Virus record (IMG/VR): IMGVR_UViG_3300020426_000008
Span: 1-44,675 of that record
Origin: a virus
Taxonomy: Duplodnaviria; Caudoviricetes
Direction: 5' to 3' (one strand)
DNA: 44,675 nt
In this document: positions 36,101 to 43,110 of the stretch, piece after piece
How the letters are laid out: each line of letters starts with the position of its first letter
How positions within the stretch are numbered: position 1 is the stretch's first letter
Translations under genes and position numbers: made by a program
The notes under the pieces: model-generated
What the model was told of the DNA's origin: nothing
Databases searched by the model: none
The model's input: only the letters and a program-made list of their open reading frames with translations

Positions 36101-36734
36101 CGATCAGGCGGTGCGCGACGCGCAGGGCGGCGGGCAAGTTGGCGACTTGTCGGCAATCCAGCGCGGCGGACCGGTGCGCAAGCTGTTCACGAACTTCTAT
36201 TCGTTCTTCAACACGACGTACAATCTGACGGCCGAAAGCTACGCACGTACCGATTTTCGCAAGCCCGGCGACGTGATGGCACTCGCGCTCGACTATCTGC
36301 TGCTTTACTCACTGCCCGCGGCGATGGGGATGCTACTGGATGAAGCCTTCGCCGGTGAGGATGATGATGGCCGGTCCTGGTGGGGAAAGCTGGCGTCTGA
36401 GCATATCTCGTATCTCACCGGCACGATGGTCGGTCTGCGCGAGCTCGATGCGCCGATCCAGAATGTCGGGGAGGCTCTGACTGGCGCCGAACTCAACGAA
36501 TACGACTTCGGCTACACAGGCCCCGCCGGGCTGCGGTTCTTTGCCGATGGCACACGCGCGGCGCAACAGGCGTCTCAGGGGGAATTCGACGAAGCGCTAC
36601 GCAAGTCGATGATCAACACCGGCGGCATTCTGTTCCACCTGCCGAGCGGTCAGATCAATAAGACGATCGACGGGGCGGCGGCCATTGCGAACGACGATAC
36701 CGACAATCCTATGGCGCTGGTGTCCGGAACCTGA
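30159..36734 (+). CDS. Giant internal virion protein, gp16-like polyvalent protein (GNAT and zincin-like motifs)
   Basis: 2191 aa; QGRGVG..LKAFYKRHGF; STFQHEMAHFWL..HEMFAR. Confidence 0.82.
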   Translation: MAPPTLEEQFLADERARIEREREQARQARAAASIAQPANPQRTADVNRLARDVGQPPAVVDEQYDAMTQYRRARAAREAARKQPKLGDWLGDERNAALAQEDVGVLESIGDTVAGWLRSSGVSRQMVDNAERGVFASDARREDGFFDRMGSLIERGGAAVDEGIYNFIAGTTGSSVARDAARTLSRGTTGQEVAGQTTWEAVKSAPTLSNIGAYIIDAGAESLPAMSALAVPYAGIGLIGTSQTGNIASERARNNGRDEISGRDIALSTGFGFGAAALDRLGFKGIFGGAGRSIGTRIGRAAAGEAGTEFLQSTLEYTGGTVGTQAGFDIAAAFDQGLAGAVAGAGMGGGIRSTVEVARSARSIEAVDRLMQRSAESQVRQRDPESFRTLIEQLTGEASDGNLYVSGETIAQFNQDYAEDEFWGQFAEEIDDARLTGGDVAIPLSRAAAELSGRSDWDAIKGDVRAAPGAMTANEIAAAEAEWETIRREAGETLDAQEREARAAQAPGERLRGSIRDTLMSRGMDPDQAAANAEVTAALFETEAANLGYDLTGREFDKAVSVQRVLPGLVADPEAADMLDVIVNAMRGGKDAEIGVGSTLMEFIRERGGINDPGGDLASMGMPARLIRDFDPDQGSFGGLSGAGDYGIDSTLRAAIEAGFFPELQGVEAEAGVSTLDTQALLDALGRELAGEPVYAETRIDQMRQAGAELRELLAAAGLDPDAASMADIRAAVERFDGGRALEQRGVTLDSIKSWASENGLDVSLVQREGEIEINMLRSAAQGRGVGGEFMARIGYWADQTGTRVLLTPEKVGNTSVSRLKAFYKRHGFVENKGRNKDFSTRAGMIREPTRTLNQVFGANDNADGGDILRGFVEFISDSRPISEKYQAGDVLLIEDRLADVVSGNDTSLSVRFRDDGSEQLVDRRSRDVTVAPYQLWQRGTGPQGQIQFTEGQALIRLFESANASTFQHEMAHFWLERMFANARQSLDTDGNPAARQTFADVEAIKAWFKDNGHPVEGSTIPTEAHEMFARAWEQYLMEGKAPTTRLQSAFRKFSRWLKAIYRTVANLNTPITPEIREVMDRMLATEQEIADAAATRAAYLQFDNAIEAGMSEADARRYAELSDQVRSEAEEQLAGKVMRSIKARDQKQYKEQEKAVRAEVAEAVDARPGFAALKLLRQKDGPRIDKAWLQENFGDDVFGILPAGMPVWKQGGTNPDTLAELTGFSSGDQLVRELLGMEARRRELKEGGDQRPLREVIIAQETKLEMDRRFGDPIAAGTIEREANAAIQNDRLGEKTELELRALGSKTNRKPTPYRMAREWARGRIEQGVIADMISGAAQYRYTRTAAKAARDAQAAILAGDMNAAFRHKQTEMLHTALAREAAEASDQVDVAVRRLGKFAKQTKAKTLPLDYLDRIHALLEGVEFRQVSQRGLDRRKALRDWIEAEEAEGRTVELPERVLDEIDQKNWSRLTVEELMLLDDAVKQIAALGRLKSKLLTAKKDREVEQAASEMEQAIIASKKGPKPTRTRETLGHRAASAFKSFKAMHRKMASLAREMDSVQDGGPVWDNLIRPMMERFDQEAEMNREATEKLLDILSPFYGRDKLGRPKMGGKGIYFDSIGQSFNLEERMAIVGQMGNAGNLQRLIDGERGEFGFRWSMEQLNEIKASLTKEQMDAVQAIWDLFESYRPLIAAKERRVSGIEPEWVEPTPVETEHGTYKGGYWPIKYDRKRTLDAQQQADAAEAERQMRGAFTAATTQRSFTKSRAERVTNRPLLYSLSGVTQGLTDVVHDLAFHEYLIDANRLLRHPKVSSAMLNYYGPEVMEQFRRGIEDVAAGDTPAQDAWERGINHIRMGATVAGLGWNLKTALLQPFGLTQSIVRVGAPWIARGASQFFASPLETSRAVYERSRFMRERSNTMQREINEIRNRIRGGTQAGEFLNASFFFMITRTQLAIDLPTWQGAYEKAIAEGRDDDMAVSLADQAVRDAQGGGQVGDLSAIQRGGPVRKLFTNFYSFFNTTYNLTAESYARTDFRKPGDVMALALDYLLLYSLPAAMGMLLDEAFAGEDDDGRSWWGKLASEHISYLTGTMVGLRELDAPIQNVGEALTGAELNEYDFGYTGPAGLRFFADGTRAAQQASQGEFDEALRKSMINTGGILFHLPSGQINKTIDGAAAIANDDTDNPMALVSGT

Positions 36735-36748
36735 TAAATCTTCGGGGC

Positions 36749-36967
36749 ATGAGGATCCTGGCACTGGCATTTCTGCTCTCGGGCTGCGCCACTATGGGCG
36801 CTGGCGTCACCGGCAATTCGATGGGCGTGACGGTTTCGAACGTCTGGAATCGCAGTGCGGCATTCGAGAAGGCCGAAGCGCACTGCGCCGAACACGGCAA
36901 GGTAGCACGCGCGACAGGCGAAGGAGAAGATTTCCATTTCTCGTTCGATTGCGTCGAGCCTTCCTGA
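36749..36967 (+). CDS. Small lipoprotein
   Basis: Lipobox LSGC; AEAHCAEHGK...FDC. Confidence 0.75.
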   Translation: MRILALAFLLSGCATMGAGVTGNSMGVTVSNVWNRSAAFEKAEAHCAEHGKVARATGEGEDFHFSFDCVEPS

Positions 36968-36968
36968 C

Positions 36969-37000
36969 ATTTTGAGATACGATAGGGCGGCTTTTACCTC
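36969..37000 (+). promoter_or_regulatory. Late promoter motif 3
   Basis: ATTTTGAGATACGATAGGG, 19-bp identity to 18668-18686. Confidence 0.7.
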
Positions 37001-37021
37001 TGTTCGCAGAGGTGATTGCCA

Positions 37022-39622
37022 ATGCCCGTTTCGACCGAAAACTCTGTTTCCGGCCCGTACACGCCGAACGGGGTCACAACCGACTTCGCATTCGATTTCA
37101 AGGCGACTTCCGCCGACGAAGTGGTTGCGCTCGACCAAGACGGGGCGGTCATCTCGAACGCTCTATACTCGGTCACGCTGGATGATGATGAAGGCGGCAC
37201 ACTGTCGTTCTCGGTCGCTCCAGTCCTGGCGGACTATTCGGCGATCTTTGTCGCGGGCAACCCTGCCCTTACCCAGCCTTCGGATTTCGACAACGCCGGG
37301 CCGTCGTTCAACCCCGCGGCGCTGACACGCGCGCTCGACCGGGCTGCGGCGCGCGACCTCAAGCAACAGCGCGAAATCGATCGGGGGCTTCGGGTTCCGT
37401 TTGGCGAGGCCGGACTGTCGCTACCCCCGGTGGCTGACCGCAAGGGCAAGTATTGGCTCTTCGATCCCGTCACCGGCGCGGCGTCGCTTGATACGCCGTC
37501 GAACTTCGCAGCGCCGGCGGCTGCGGAAGCCGACCGCGCCAGCGAAAAGGCTGATGTTTCTGAAAGTGCCCGCGATGCAGCGATCGCCTACATAAACCCC
37601 TATGCCGACCAGGCCGCCGGTGAAGCCGCGAGTAGTGAGGGCGAGCCGTTCAGCTTCCTCGACGGTGACAATCAGGTTGCTCTTGCTGTTCGCACTGCTG
37701 GCGGTTCTGAGTTGCTGACGACATATTTCGGAGCGGCGAAAGTTGGGTTGTTCGGCGGTGGGACGGTCAAGGACGCGCTGCCGTTTGTCGTTCCTACCGG
37801 CACGACCGCGACCGAAGTGCAGGCGGCTATTGATACGGGGACCGATGTTTTCCTCGGCACCTCGACCTATACGATTGCAACACCCCTGACCATGAATGCG
37901 GGCCAGCGGATTTTTGGCAATGGCGCGACCCTTCAAGCGGCGGGCGCGATAAACGAGATCCTTCTGGCTGCCAATAATGCGATCATCGAGGGGATCACCT
38001 TCGACTGCGCGAACACGCAGCCGGGGTCCGGCGTGCCGATCAATTCGGATGGCGCGGGCGCGGGCGTTCGGATCAGGGACGTAACGGGCTGCACGCTTCG
38101 CAAGTGCAAGTTCACAAAATACCGGCGCGGCATTTCCATCACATCGAGCGTTGCCGGAACGGCTTGCAGCGATCACCTGATTGAAAACTGCGAAGCGGAT
38201 GCTGGTTATACCTGGAGTGCCGCTCGCTCCAGCAACACCCAGCTTGGGGCCTATGTCGGGTCCGAAGCCAGCGCAACAATCCCCGACATTGCCGATTACG
38301 GCGACAGCGAGCCGGAGTGCGAAGATGTGCGCAACATCCGGTTCATCGGTTGGAAGGCGACCGAGGGCCAGTATGGCCTTGCCCTGCACCGCTGCTCGAA
38401 TACTAGCGTAGTGGGCGGGGACTTCCGCCAGATGTCGCGCGCCATTTCGATCCAGCATCAATCGCGCGGCATCACGATCAGCGGCAACGTCATTGCCGAT
38501 GTGGACAGCACCGGAGTTCACATGTCGCAGGGGGCCAGCCAAGTGTCGGTTGTGGGCAACCGCATTAAAGCGACGATGGCGAATGATAATGTCGGTATTC
38601 AAGCCTACTATGGCTGCAAGGACATCAGCATTGCCGACAACCTGATCGACAGCCGGTTTGACGCCTGGGCGGGTGGCGCATCGGGTGAAACGCGCACTCC
38701 GGGGAGCGGTATCCGGCTAGGCCAGCAGGTCGAAAACGTAAGCGTTCGCGGCAATAAGATACGCGGCTTTGCGGTTGGCGTCTCGCTCAAGTCCACGATT
38801 TACGAGACGACTATAACCTCGGGCGACGCTAACTATCACAACGCTGGCATCCGCAACATCACGATCAGCGGTAACACGATCATTGGGGACTACTTCACGA
38901 CTGCGACCGGCTACAAGGGAGTTTTCCCGCAGAACGGCTCGTATGGTATCCGCGTGCAGCTTTCCGGTTCATGGGAGGACACCGTTCAGGGCGCGTGGAA
39001 CGTGTCTGGCATCGTGATTTCCGAAAACGAGTGCGACGGCGTGGGTTACAGCTACGTCATGGAAACTGCCACGATGAGCGGCGGGGCTACGCCGCCTGTC
39101 TATTTAAACTTTGGCGTTCGCTTGGAGAATAACCAGGCGGCTAATGATCTTAGCAATGTCGTGCGCTCCACCATCACAACGCCGCTGTCGGTTGTCTATC
39201 AGGGCAATAGCTGGCGCGATGAGCAAAGTTTCACGCCTACCCTAGTCGGAACTTCCACAGCGGGCACGCAAACTTATTCTGCGCAGGTTGGGCGATGGGT
39301 TGCGCGCGGCGGTCGCGTTCTTGTGCAGGGCCGCATTGTGTTGACAGCGAAAGACGCGGGGGTAGCGGGCCAAGCGGTAATCAAAGGGCTGCCCGCAAGC
39401 GTCAAGTCAGGCACCAACGAAAACCGAGCGGGATCGGTTGCCCTCTGGGGAGGCGTTACCCTTTCTGGGGGATACACTGCGCTAAACGTATTTGCTGAGC
39501 CGGGAACCGACCAGCTCAGGCTTGTCCAGTGCGGCTCGGGTTCTGGCGCAGCATACCCGAGTTTCGCCAATGTGTCTGCGACGGCCCAAATCGACTTTTC
39601 GTGCGAGTATGAACCGGCATGA
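37022..39622 (+). CDS. Tail spike: T7 gp17-like anchor plus right-handed beta-helix (depolymerase-like)
   Basis: NGVTTDFAFDF..ALDR anchor; repeated I(T/S)(I/V)xGNxI strands. Confidence 0.85.
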   Translation: MPVSTENSVSGPYTPNGVTTDFAFDFKATSADEVVALDQDGAVISNALYSVTLDDDEGGTLSFSVAPVLADYSAIFVAGNPALTQPSDFDNAGPSFNPAALTRALDRAAARDLKQQREIDRGLRVPFGEAGLSLPPVADRKGKYWLFDPVTGAASLDTPSNFAAPAAAEADRASEKADVSESARDAAIAYINPYADQAAGEAASSEGEPFSFLDGDNQVALAVRTAGGSELLTTYFGAAKVGLFGGGTVKDALPFVVPTGTTATEVQAAIDTGTDVFLGTSTYTIATPLTMNAGQRIFGNGATLQAAGAINEILLAANNAIIEGITFDCANTQPGSGVPINSDGAGAGVRIRDVTGCTLRKCKFTKYRRGISITSSVAGTACSDHLIENCEADAGYTWSAARSSNTQLGAYVGSEASATIPDIADYGDSEPECEDVRNIRFIGWKATEGQYGLALHRCSNTSVVGGDFRQMSRAISIQHQSRGITISGNVIADVDSTGVHMSQGASQVSVVGNRIKATMANDNVGIQAYYGCKDISIADNLIDSRFDAWAGGASGETRTPGSGIRLGQQVENVSVRGNKIRGFAVGVSLKSTIYETTITSGDANYHNAGIRNITISGNTIIGDYFTTATGYKGVFPQNGSYGIRVQLSGSWEDTVQGAWNVSGIVISENECDGVGYSYVMETATMSGGATPPVYLNFGVRLENNQAANDLSNVVRSTITTPLSVVYQGNSWRDEQSFTPTLVGTSTAGTQTYSAQVGRWVARGGRVLVQGRIVLTAKDAGVAGQAVIKGLPASVKSGTNENRAGSVALWGGVTLSGGYTALNVFAEPGTDQLRLVQCGSGSGAAYPSFANVSATAQIDFSCEYEPA

Positions 39623-39729
39623 CCCGCGTCCTCGCCATAGTCGGCTTTCTCGGGCTCGGCGTCGCCGGTGTCTCTGCCTATCGACTCGATCGCTGTTTAC
39701 GGCGAGCGTTTGGCGGGTGGCGTTGGTGA
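39619..39729 (+). CDS. Tiny membrane peptide (36 aa)
   Basis: MTRVLAIVGFLGLGVAGVSAYR...; coupled on both sides. Confidence 0.45.
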   Translation: MTRVLAIVGFLGLGVAGVSAYRLDRCLRRAFGGWRW

Positions 39730-40274
39730 TGGACGAAGTTCTCGCCCATACCTTCCCGCCGAGTTTCGAGGGCTCTCCATGGTCCTACGGCTTCGCGCTG
39801 TTCAGCCTGACGCTGATCTGCGCGCTGTCGGTCGCCATGCTGCTGCAGTTCGTCTTCGAGTGGCACGCGCGGCGCGAGGCGCAGAAGATCGCGGCCAACC
39901 GGATCAGCGCGGACGTGCCCTTCGCATCGCCGCTGGCAATCCATCGCTGGATCATCACCGGCTTCCTCGTCACGATCCTGCTCGGCGCATTTCCCGACGT
40001 GATGGTCCTATTCATGTGGGGCGAAGCGCGGGACAGCACGATGGTCACGCTGTTCACGATCGACCGGGTTTGTGACGGCCTGACGATCTTCCCCTTCACG
40101 CTCGCCGCGGTGCTTTCAGCCTGGGGGATGCAGGTTCTTCCGCAACAGTTGGTGCGCGAGACGCGCGTGATGCTGCAGCGGCCGCGCTGGGAAACAATCA
40201 AGGCACAGGCCAAGATCATCGGCACGGTCCTCGTGATCGCGGTCGGCGTGACAGTTTCCAAGGCCGGGGCATGA
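39729..40274 (+). CDS. Multi-pass membrane protein in lysis cassette
   Basis: About four hydrophobic segments. Confidence 0.7.
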   Translation: MDEVLAHTFPPSFEGSPWSYGFALFSLTLICALSVAMLLQFVFEWHARREAQKIAANRISADVPFASPLAIHRWIITGFLVTILLGAFPDVMVLFMWGEARDSTMVTLFTIDRVCDGLTIFPFTLAAVLSAWGMQVLPQQLVRETRVMLQRPRWETIKAQAKIIGTVLVIAVGVTVSKAGA

Positions 40275-40636
40275 AGGCCTCGACCGGCATAGCCATCGCC
40301 GCGCCTAGCTTGGGCCCGGCGATCGTGACCGTGTTCGGTATCGACGTGCCGGTAATGGCGCTGTGCCTATCCGTGGCTGGGCTGGTCCTCGCCCGCGTGG
40401 TCGCGCCGCCCCCGCTGCGCAAGCTCTCGCGCGTGCAGGAGGTATCGCTGACGCTGCTCCTGCTCGTCGTGCTGTTCCTGATCGTAACCGGCGAGCTCGG
40501 CGGCGGTGATCCGCTCGGACCCGGCATGGCAACTGTCTGGGGCATTGGCCTCGGGTTCTCTGGTCTGCTCGCCGTCGAGTTCTTTGGCGAGCGCATCCGC
40601 GCGATGCTTACCGCTCTCATGGGAGGTGCGAAGTGA
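40271..40636 (+). CDS. Putative holin
   Basis: About three TM segments directly upstream of endolysin. Confidence 0.6.
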   Translation: MKASTGIAIAAPSLGPAIVTVFGIDVPVMALCLSVAGLVLARVVAPPPLRKLSRVQEVSLTLLLLVVLFLIVTGELGGGDPLGPGMATVWGIGLGFSGLLAVEFFGERIRAMLTALMGGAK

Positions 40637-41211
40637 ACATCAAGAATCTGCAGCAATCGCTCGGCGTCACGGCTGACGGTATCGCAGGACGCGGCACCTT
40701 CACCGCGCTGTTCCGCAAGCTGGGCGCGTCGCAGGAGCGCGCCGAAGAACTGGCGCTGTCAGCCAACGTCCACTTTCCCGCCTACGGCATCATGGATAGC
40801 GCGCTTCGTCTGGCGCACTTCATGGCGCAGCTTTGCCATGAGAGCGGCTCGTTCCGCTACATGGAGGAGATCGCCAGCGGGGCCGCGTATGAAGGCCGCG
40901 AAGATCTGGGCAACGTCTATGCGGGCGACGGGCGGCGCTACAAAGGGCGCGGGCCTATCCAGCTTACCGGCCGCGCGAACTATCGCACCTTCGGCCGGCG
41001 CATCGGCATCGACCTCGAGCGGCACCCCGAAATTGCCGCCGTGCCCTCAATCGGACTGCATACCGCGCTGGAATACTGGCGCGACCGTGGGCTCAACGCA
41101 TGGGCCGACCGCGACGACGTGCTGACCATTACGCGCAAGATCAACGGCGGCACGAATGGGCTGGCCGATCGCAAACATCACCTCGCCAAGATCAAGGGGT
41201 GGCTGCTGTGA
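40633..41211 (+). CDS. Endolysin, glycoside hydrolase family 19
   Basis: AHFMAQLCHESG, YKGRGPIQLTGRANY, INGGTNGLADR; N-terminal ADGIAGRGT PG-binding fragment. Confidence 0.93.
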   Translation: MNIKNLQQSLGVTADGIAGRGTFTALFRKLGASQERAEELALSANVHFPAYGIMDSALRLAHFMAQLCHESGSFRYMEEIASGAAYEGREDLGNVYAGDGRRYKGRGPIQLTGRANYRTFGRRIGIDLERHPEIAAVPSIGLHTALEYWRDRGLNAWADRDDVLTITRKINGGTNGLADRKHHLAKIKGWLL

Positions 41212-41483
41212 CCCGCTCGCAGCAACGCTTCCGCTTGGCGATCGGTGTGCTTGGCCTCGATGCTGCCCTGCTCGCCGCGCTGGTATGGTTAGCCGCGAAC
41301 GACATCGCCGTTTCGGGCGAGAATATCCTGTTTATGGCGGTGGGTATCGCGCTTGGATGGGGCGGCACGGTCCTCGCCTACTATTTCGGCACCTCGGAAT
41401 CGAGCGCGCAGAAAACCGAACTGCTTGAGCGTCGCCCGCAGGGAACGCCAGCGGATCCTGTGCATGTGGAGGACGACCAATGA
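41208..41483 (+). CDS. Holin-like 2-TM protein
   Basis: Two TM segments then YYFGTSESSAQK. Confidence 0.65.
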   Translation: MTRSQQRFRLAIGVLGLDAALLAALVWLAANDIAVSGENILFMAVGIALGWGGTVLAYYFGTSESSAQKTELLERRPQGTPADPVHVEDDQ

Positions 41484-41617
41484 TCGGTGAACGCATGGGG
41501 GAAATGATCTGGCGCGGCATCGTCGAGCGCGTGCGTGGCATCGCCGCGGATTACTGGCTGATCGCGGTGGCGCTCGTGCTGTTCGTCGCAGGGCTCTGGG
41601 TAGGAGGCTGGCAGTGA
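41480..41617 (+). CDS. Small membrane protein
   Basis: ..YWLIAVALVLFVAGLWVGGWQ; coupled. Confidence 0.5.
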   Translation: MIGERMGEMIWRGIVERVRGIAADYWLIAVALVLFVAGLWVGGWQ

Positions 41618-42012
41618 TCACGAATTTCCTCGCCCCGCTGACGCACAAGCTGTTCGTAGGCGCCCTCGGTATCGCACTCGTCGCGATCGGCATCCTTTGG
41701 TGGTCGAACAACGCGAAGGCCGGCCACATCGAAGGGCTGCAGAAAGACTTGGCTGGCGAAGAAGCCCGCCATGCTGTCACACGCCAGTCGGTCGGCACGC
41801 TCGAAGCGGTGATCGCCGATCTGAACGAACAGGTTGAGCAACGTGCGGCGGCGTTTGCAGAAGCGCAGCAATTGGCCGAGAAACGCGAAAGCGAACTTGC
41901 CGCGGCTCGGCGTACGTCCGACGCGGCAATCGCGCGGCTGCGCGATCTAGCGCGGCGCGGGGGGCAATGCGCGGTGCCTGATGATCTGCGCGAACTTGCG
42001 GAGGGTTTGTGA
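41614..42012 (+). CDS. i-spanin (Rz-like)
   Basis: N-terminal TM, coiled coil, C-terminal Cys. Confidence 0.75.
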   Translation: MITNFLAPLTHKLFVGALGIALVAIGILWWSNNAKAGHIEGLQKDLAGEEARHAVTRQSVGTLEAVIADLNEQVEQRAAAFAEAQQLAEKRESELAAARRTSDAAIARLRDLARRGGQCAVPDDLRELAEGL

Positions 42013-42121
42013 ACGTGGCGGCGCTCTGGTCGATTTGAGCTATACGCTAAGGCATCTAGAAAACCTATCGCAGCGTAGCGGGACTTCTACCCGCAACCTC
42101 CGCCTTGAAAGGATGTAAACC

Positions 42122-42436
42122 ATGCGAAAGCTACTTTGTCTAGTCCCGATCGCGCTCTTGGCCTCCTGCCAAACCGCCGAGCCCGGTATCGAGGTCCGCA
42201 CGGTCGAGGTGGTGCGCGAGGTGCAGAAGCCCTGCCCCGGCACGCCGCCCGTTCGCCCGGCCCCACTGGGCCCGCTCATGGCGACTGCCGAAGCCGCTCT
42301 TGCGCAGGCGCTGGCCAAGTTGGCCGAGTATTCCGCGCCCGGTCAATTCGCCGACCAGGCGGATGCGTATGTCGAGGCGTGCCCGCCCTCAGCCGAGCAA
42401 CCCCAGCCCGGTAAGCACCTGGACTGGCTTAGGTAG
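42122..42436 (+). CDS. o-spanin (Rz1-like) lipoprotein
   Basis: Lipobox LASC, Pro-rich, two further Cys; AAAGGA RBS. Confidence 0.72.
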   Translation: MRKLLCLVPIALLASCQTAEPGIEVRTVEVVREVQKPCPGTPPVRPAPLGPLMATAEAALAQALAKLAEYSAPGQFADQADAYVEACPPSAEQPQPGKHLDWLR

Positions 42437-42468
42437 GCGCATTGGATGCCTCGATCACTTCTCTAAGA

Positions 42469-42618
42469 TCATCCATGTTTGCTGTCCTCCTTGTGGTGGT
42501 CGAGCCAACGCTTGACCTGCTTTCTCGTCGCCTCTCGCGTCGGACTTGCTCTAAGCAGCTCGCAATTCCACTGCGCCAACAGCAACCGCGCTTCCTCTAG
42601 GGCCCCTGCCTCAGTCAT
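42469..42618 (-). CDS. Hypothetical protein (49 aa)
   Basis: MTEAGALEEARLLLAQWNCELL...; AAGGA RBS; overlaps upstream stop. Confidence 0.45.
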   Translation of the reverse strand: MTEAGALEEARLLLAQWNCELLRASPTREATRKQVKRWLDHHKEDSKHG

Positions 42619-42964
42619 GGCTGGCGTCCTTGGGCTGCTGCTCGGTGCAGTAGATATTGCCTTCGCGGGTCAGTCTCGGGTGGATCGAAACCCCCTCCGG
42701 CACCCCGGTCCTTGAATGGAGCACGATGTATTGGCAACCGGTCTGCCTGTCCCATAAGAGCCCCCGCGCGCCTCCTGCGCTGTGGTAAGTTAGCCACGAA
42801 GCGGGGGCTTGCTCAGCGCTCTCTTTTTGCGTGGGGGGAACGGTATCCCCACCGCACCCTGCGATAGCGATTGAAGCCGCTAGGGCGAGACACGCAGTGG
42901 CTCGACGCGAAGCGCGAAAGCGCGGGCCGTAGGCATCGCTAAACCGTTGGTATTTATCTGACAT
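42611..42964 (-). CDS. Lipoprotein, DUF6440-like
   Basis: IAGC lipobox; DRQTGCQYI...SIHPRL..EG..YC; AGGAG RBS. Confidence 0.7.
   Translation of the reverse strand: MSDKYQRFSDAYGPRFRASRRATACLALAASIAIAGCGGDTVPPTQKESAEQAPASWLTYHSAGGARGLLWDRQTGCQYIVLHSRTGVPEGVSIHPRLTREGNIYCTEQQPKDASHD
42861..42939 (+). repeat. Structured GNA-hairpin element, copy C
   Basis: GCGATAGCGATTGAAG...GAAAGCGCGGGCCGTAGGCATCGC. Confidence 0.8.
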
Positions 42965-42979
42965 TGGTGTCTCCTGTGG

Positions 42980-43108
42980 CTAGGCGGGCTGCTTCCACCA
43001 CTTGCGCTTGTTGCAGCGGGTGCAGATCAATTTGCTCAAGCGGCGTGTCTCGAAAAGCGGATGGGTCGGGTGCCATCGGTGCAGCCCTAGGTAGCAAAGC
43101 AATCGCAC
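42980..43108 (-). CDS. Small zinc-finger protein (DUF1660-like)
   Basis: MRLLCYLGLHRW...ICTRCNK; AAGGAG RBS; manually translated. Confidence 0.6.
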   Translation of the reverse strand: MRLLCYLGLHRWHPTHPLFETRRLSKLICTRCNKRKWWKQPA

Positions 43109-43110
43109 GG

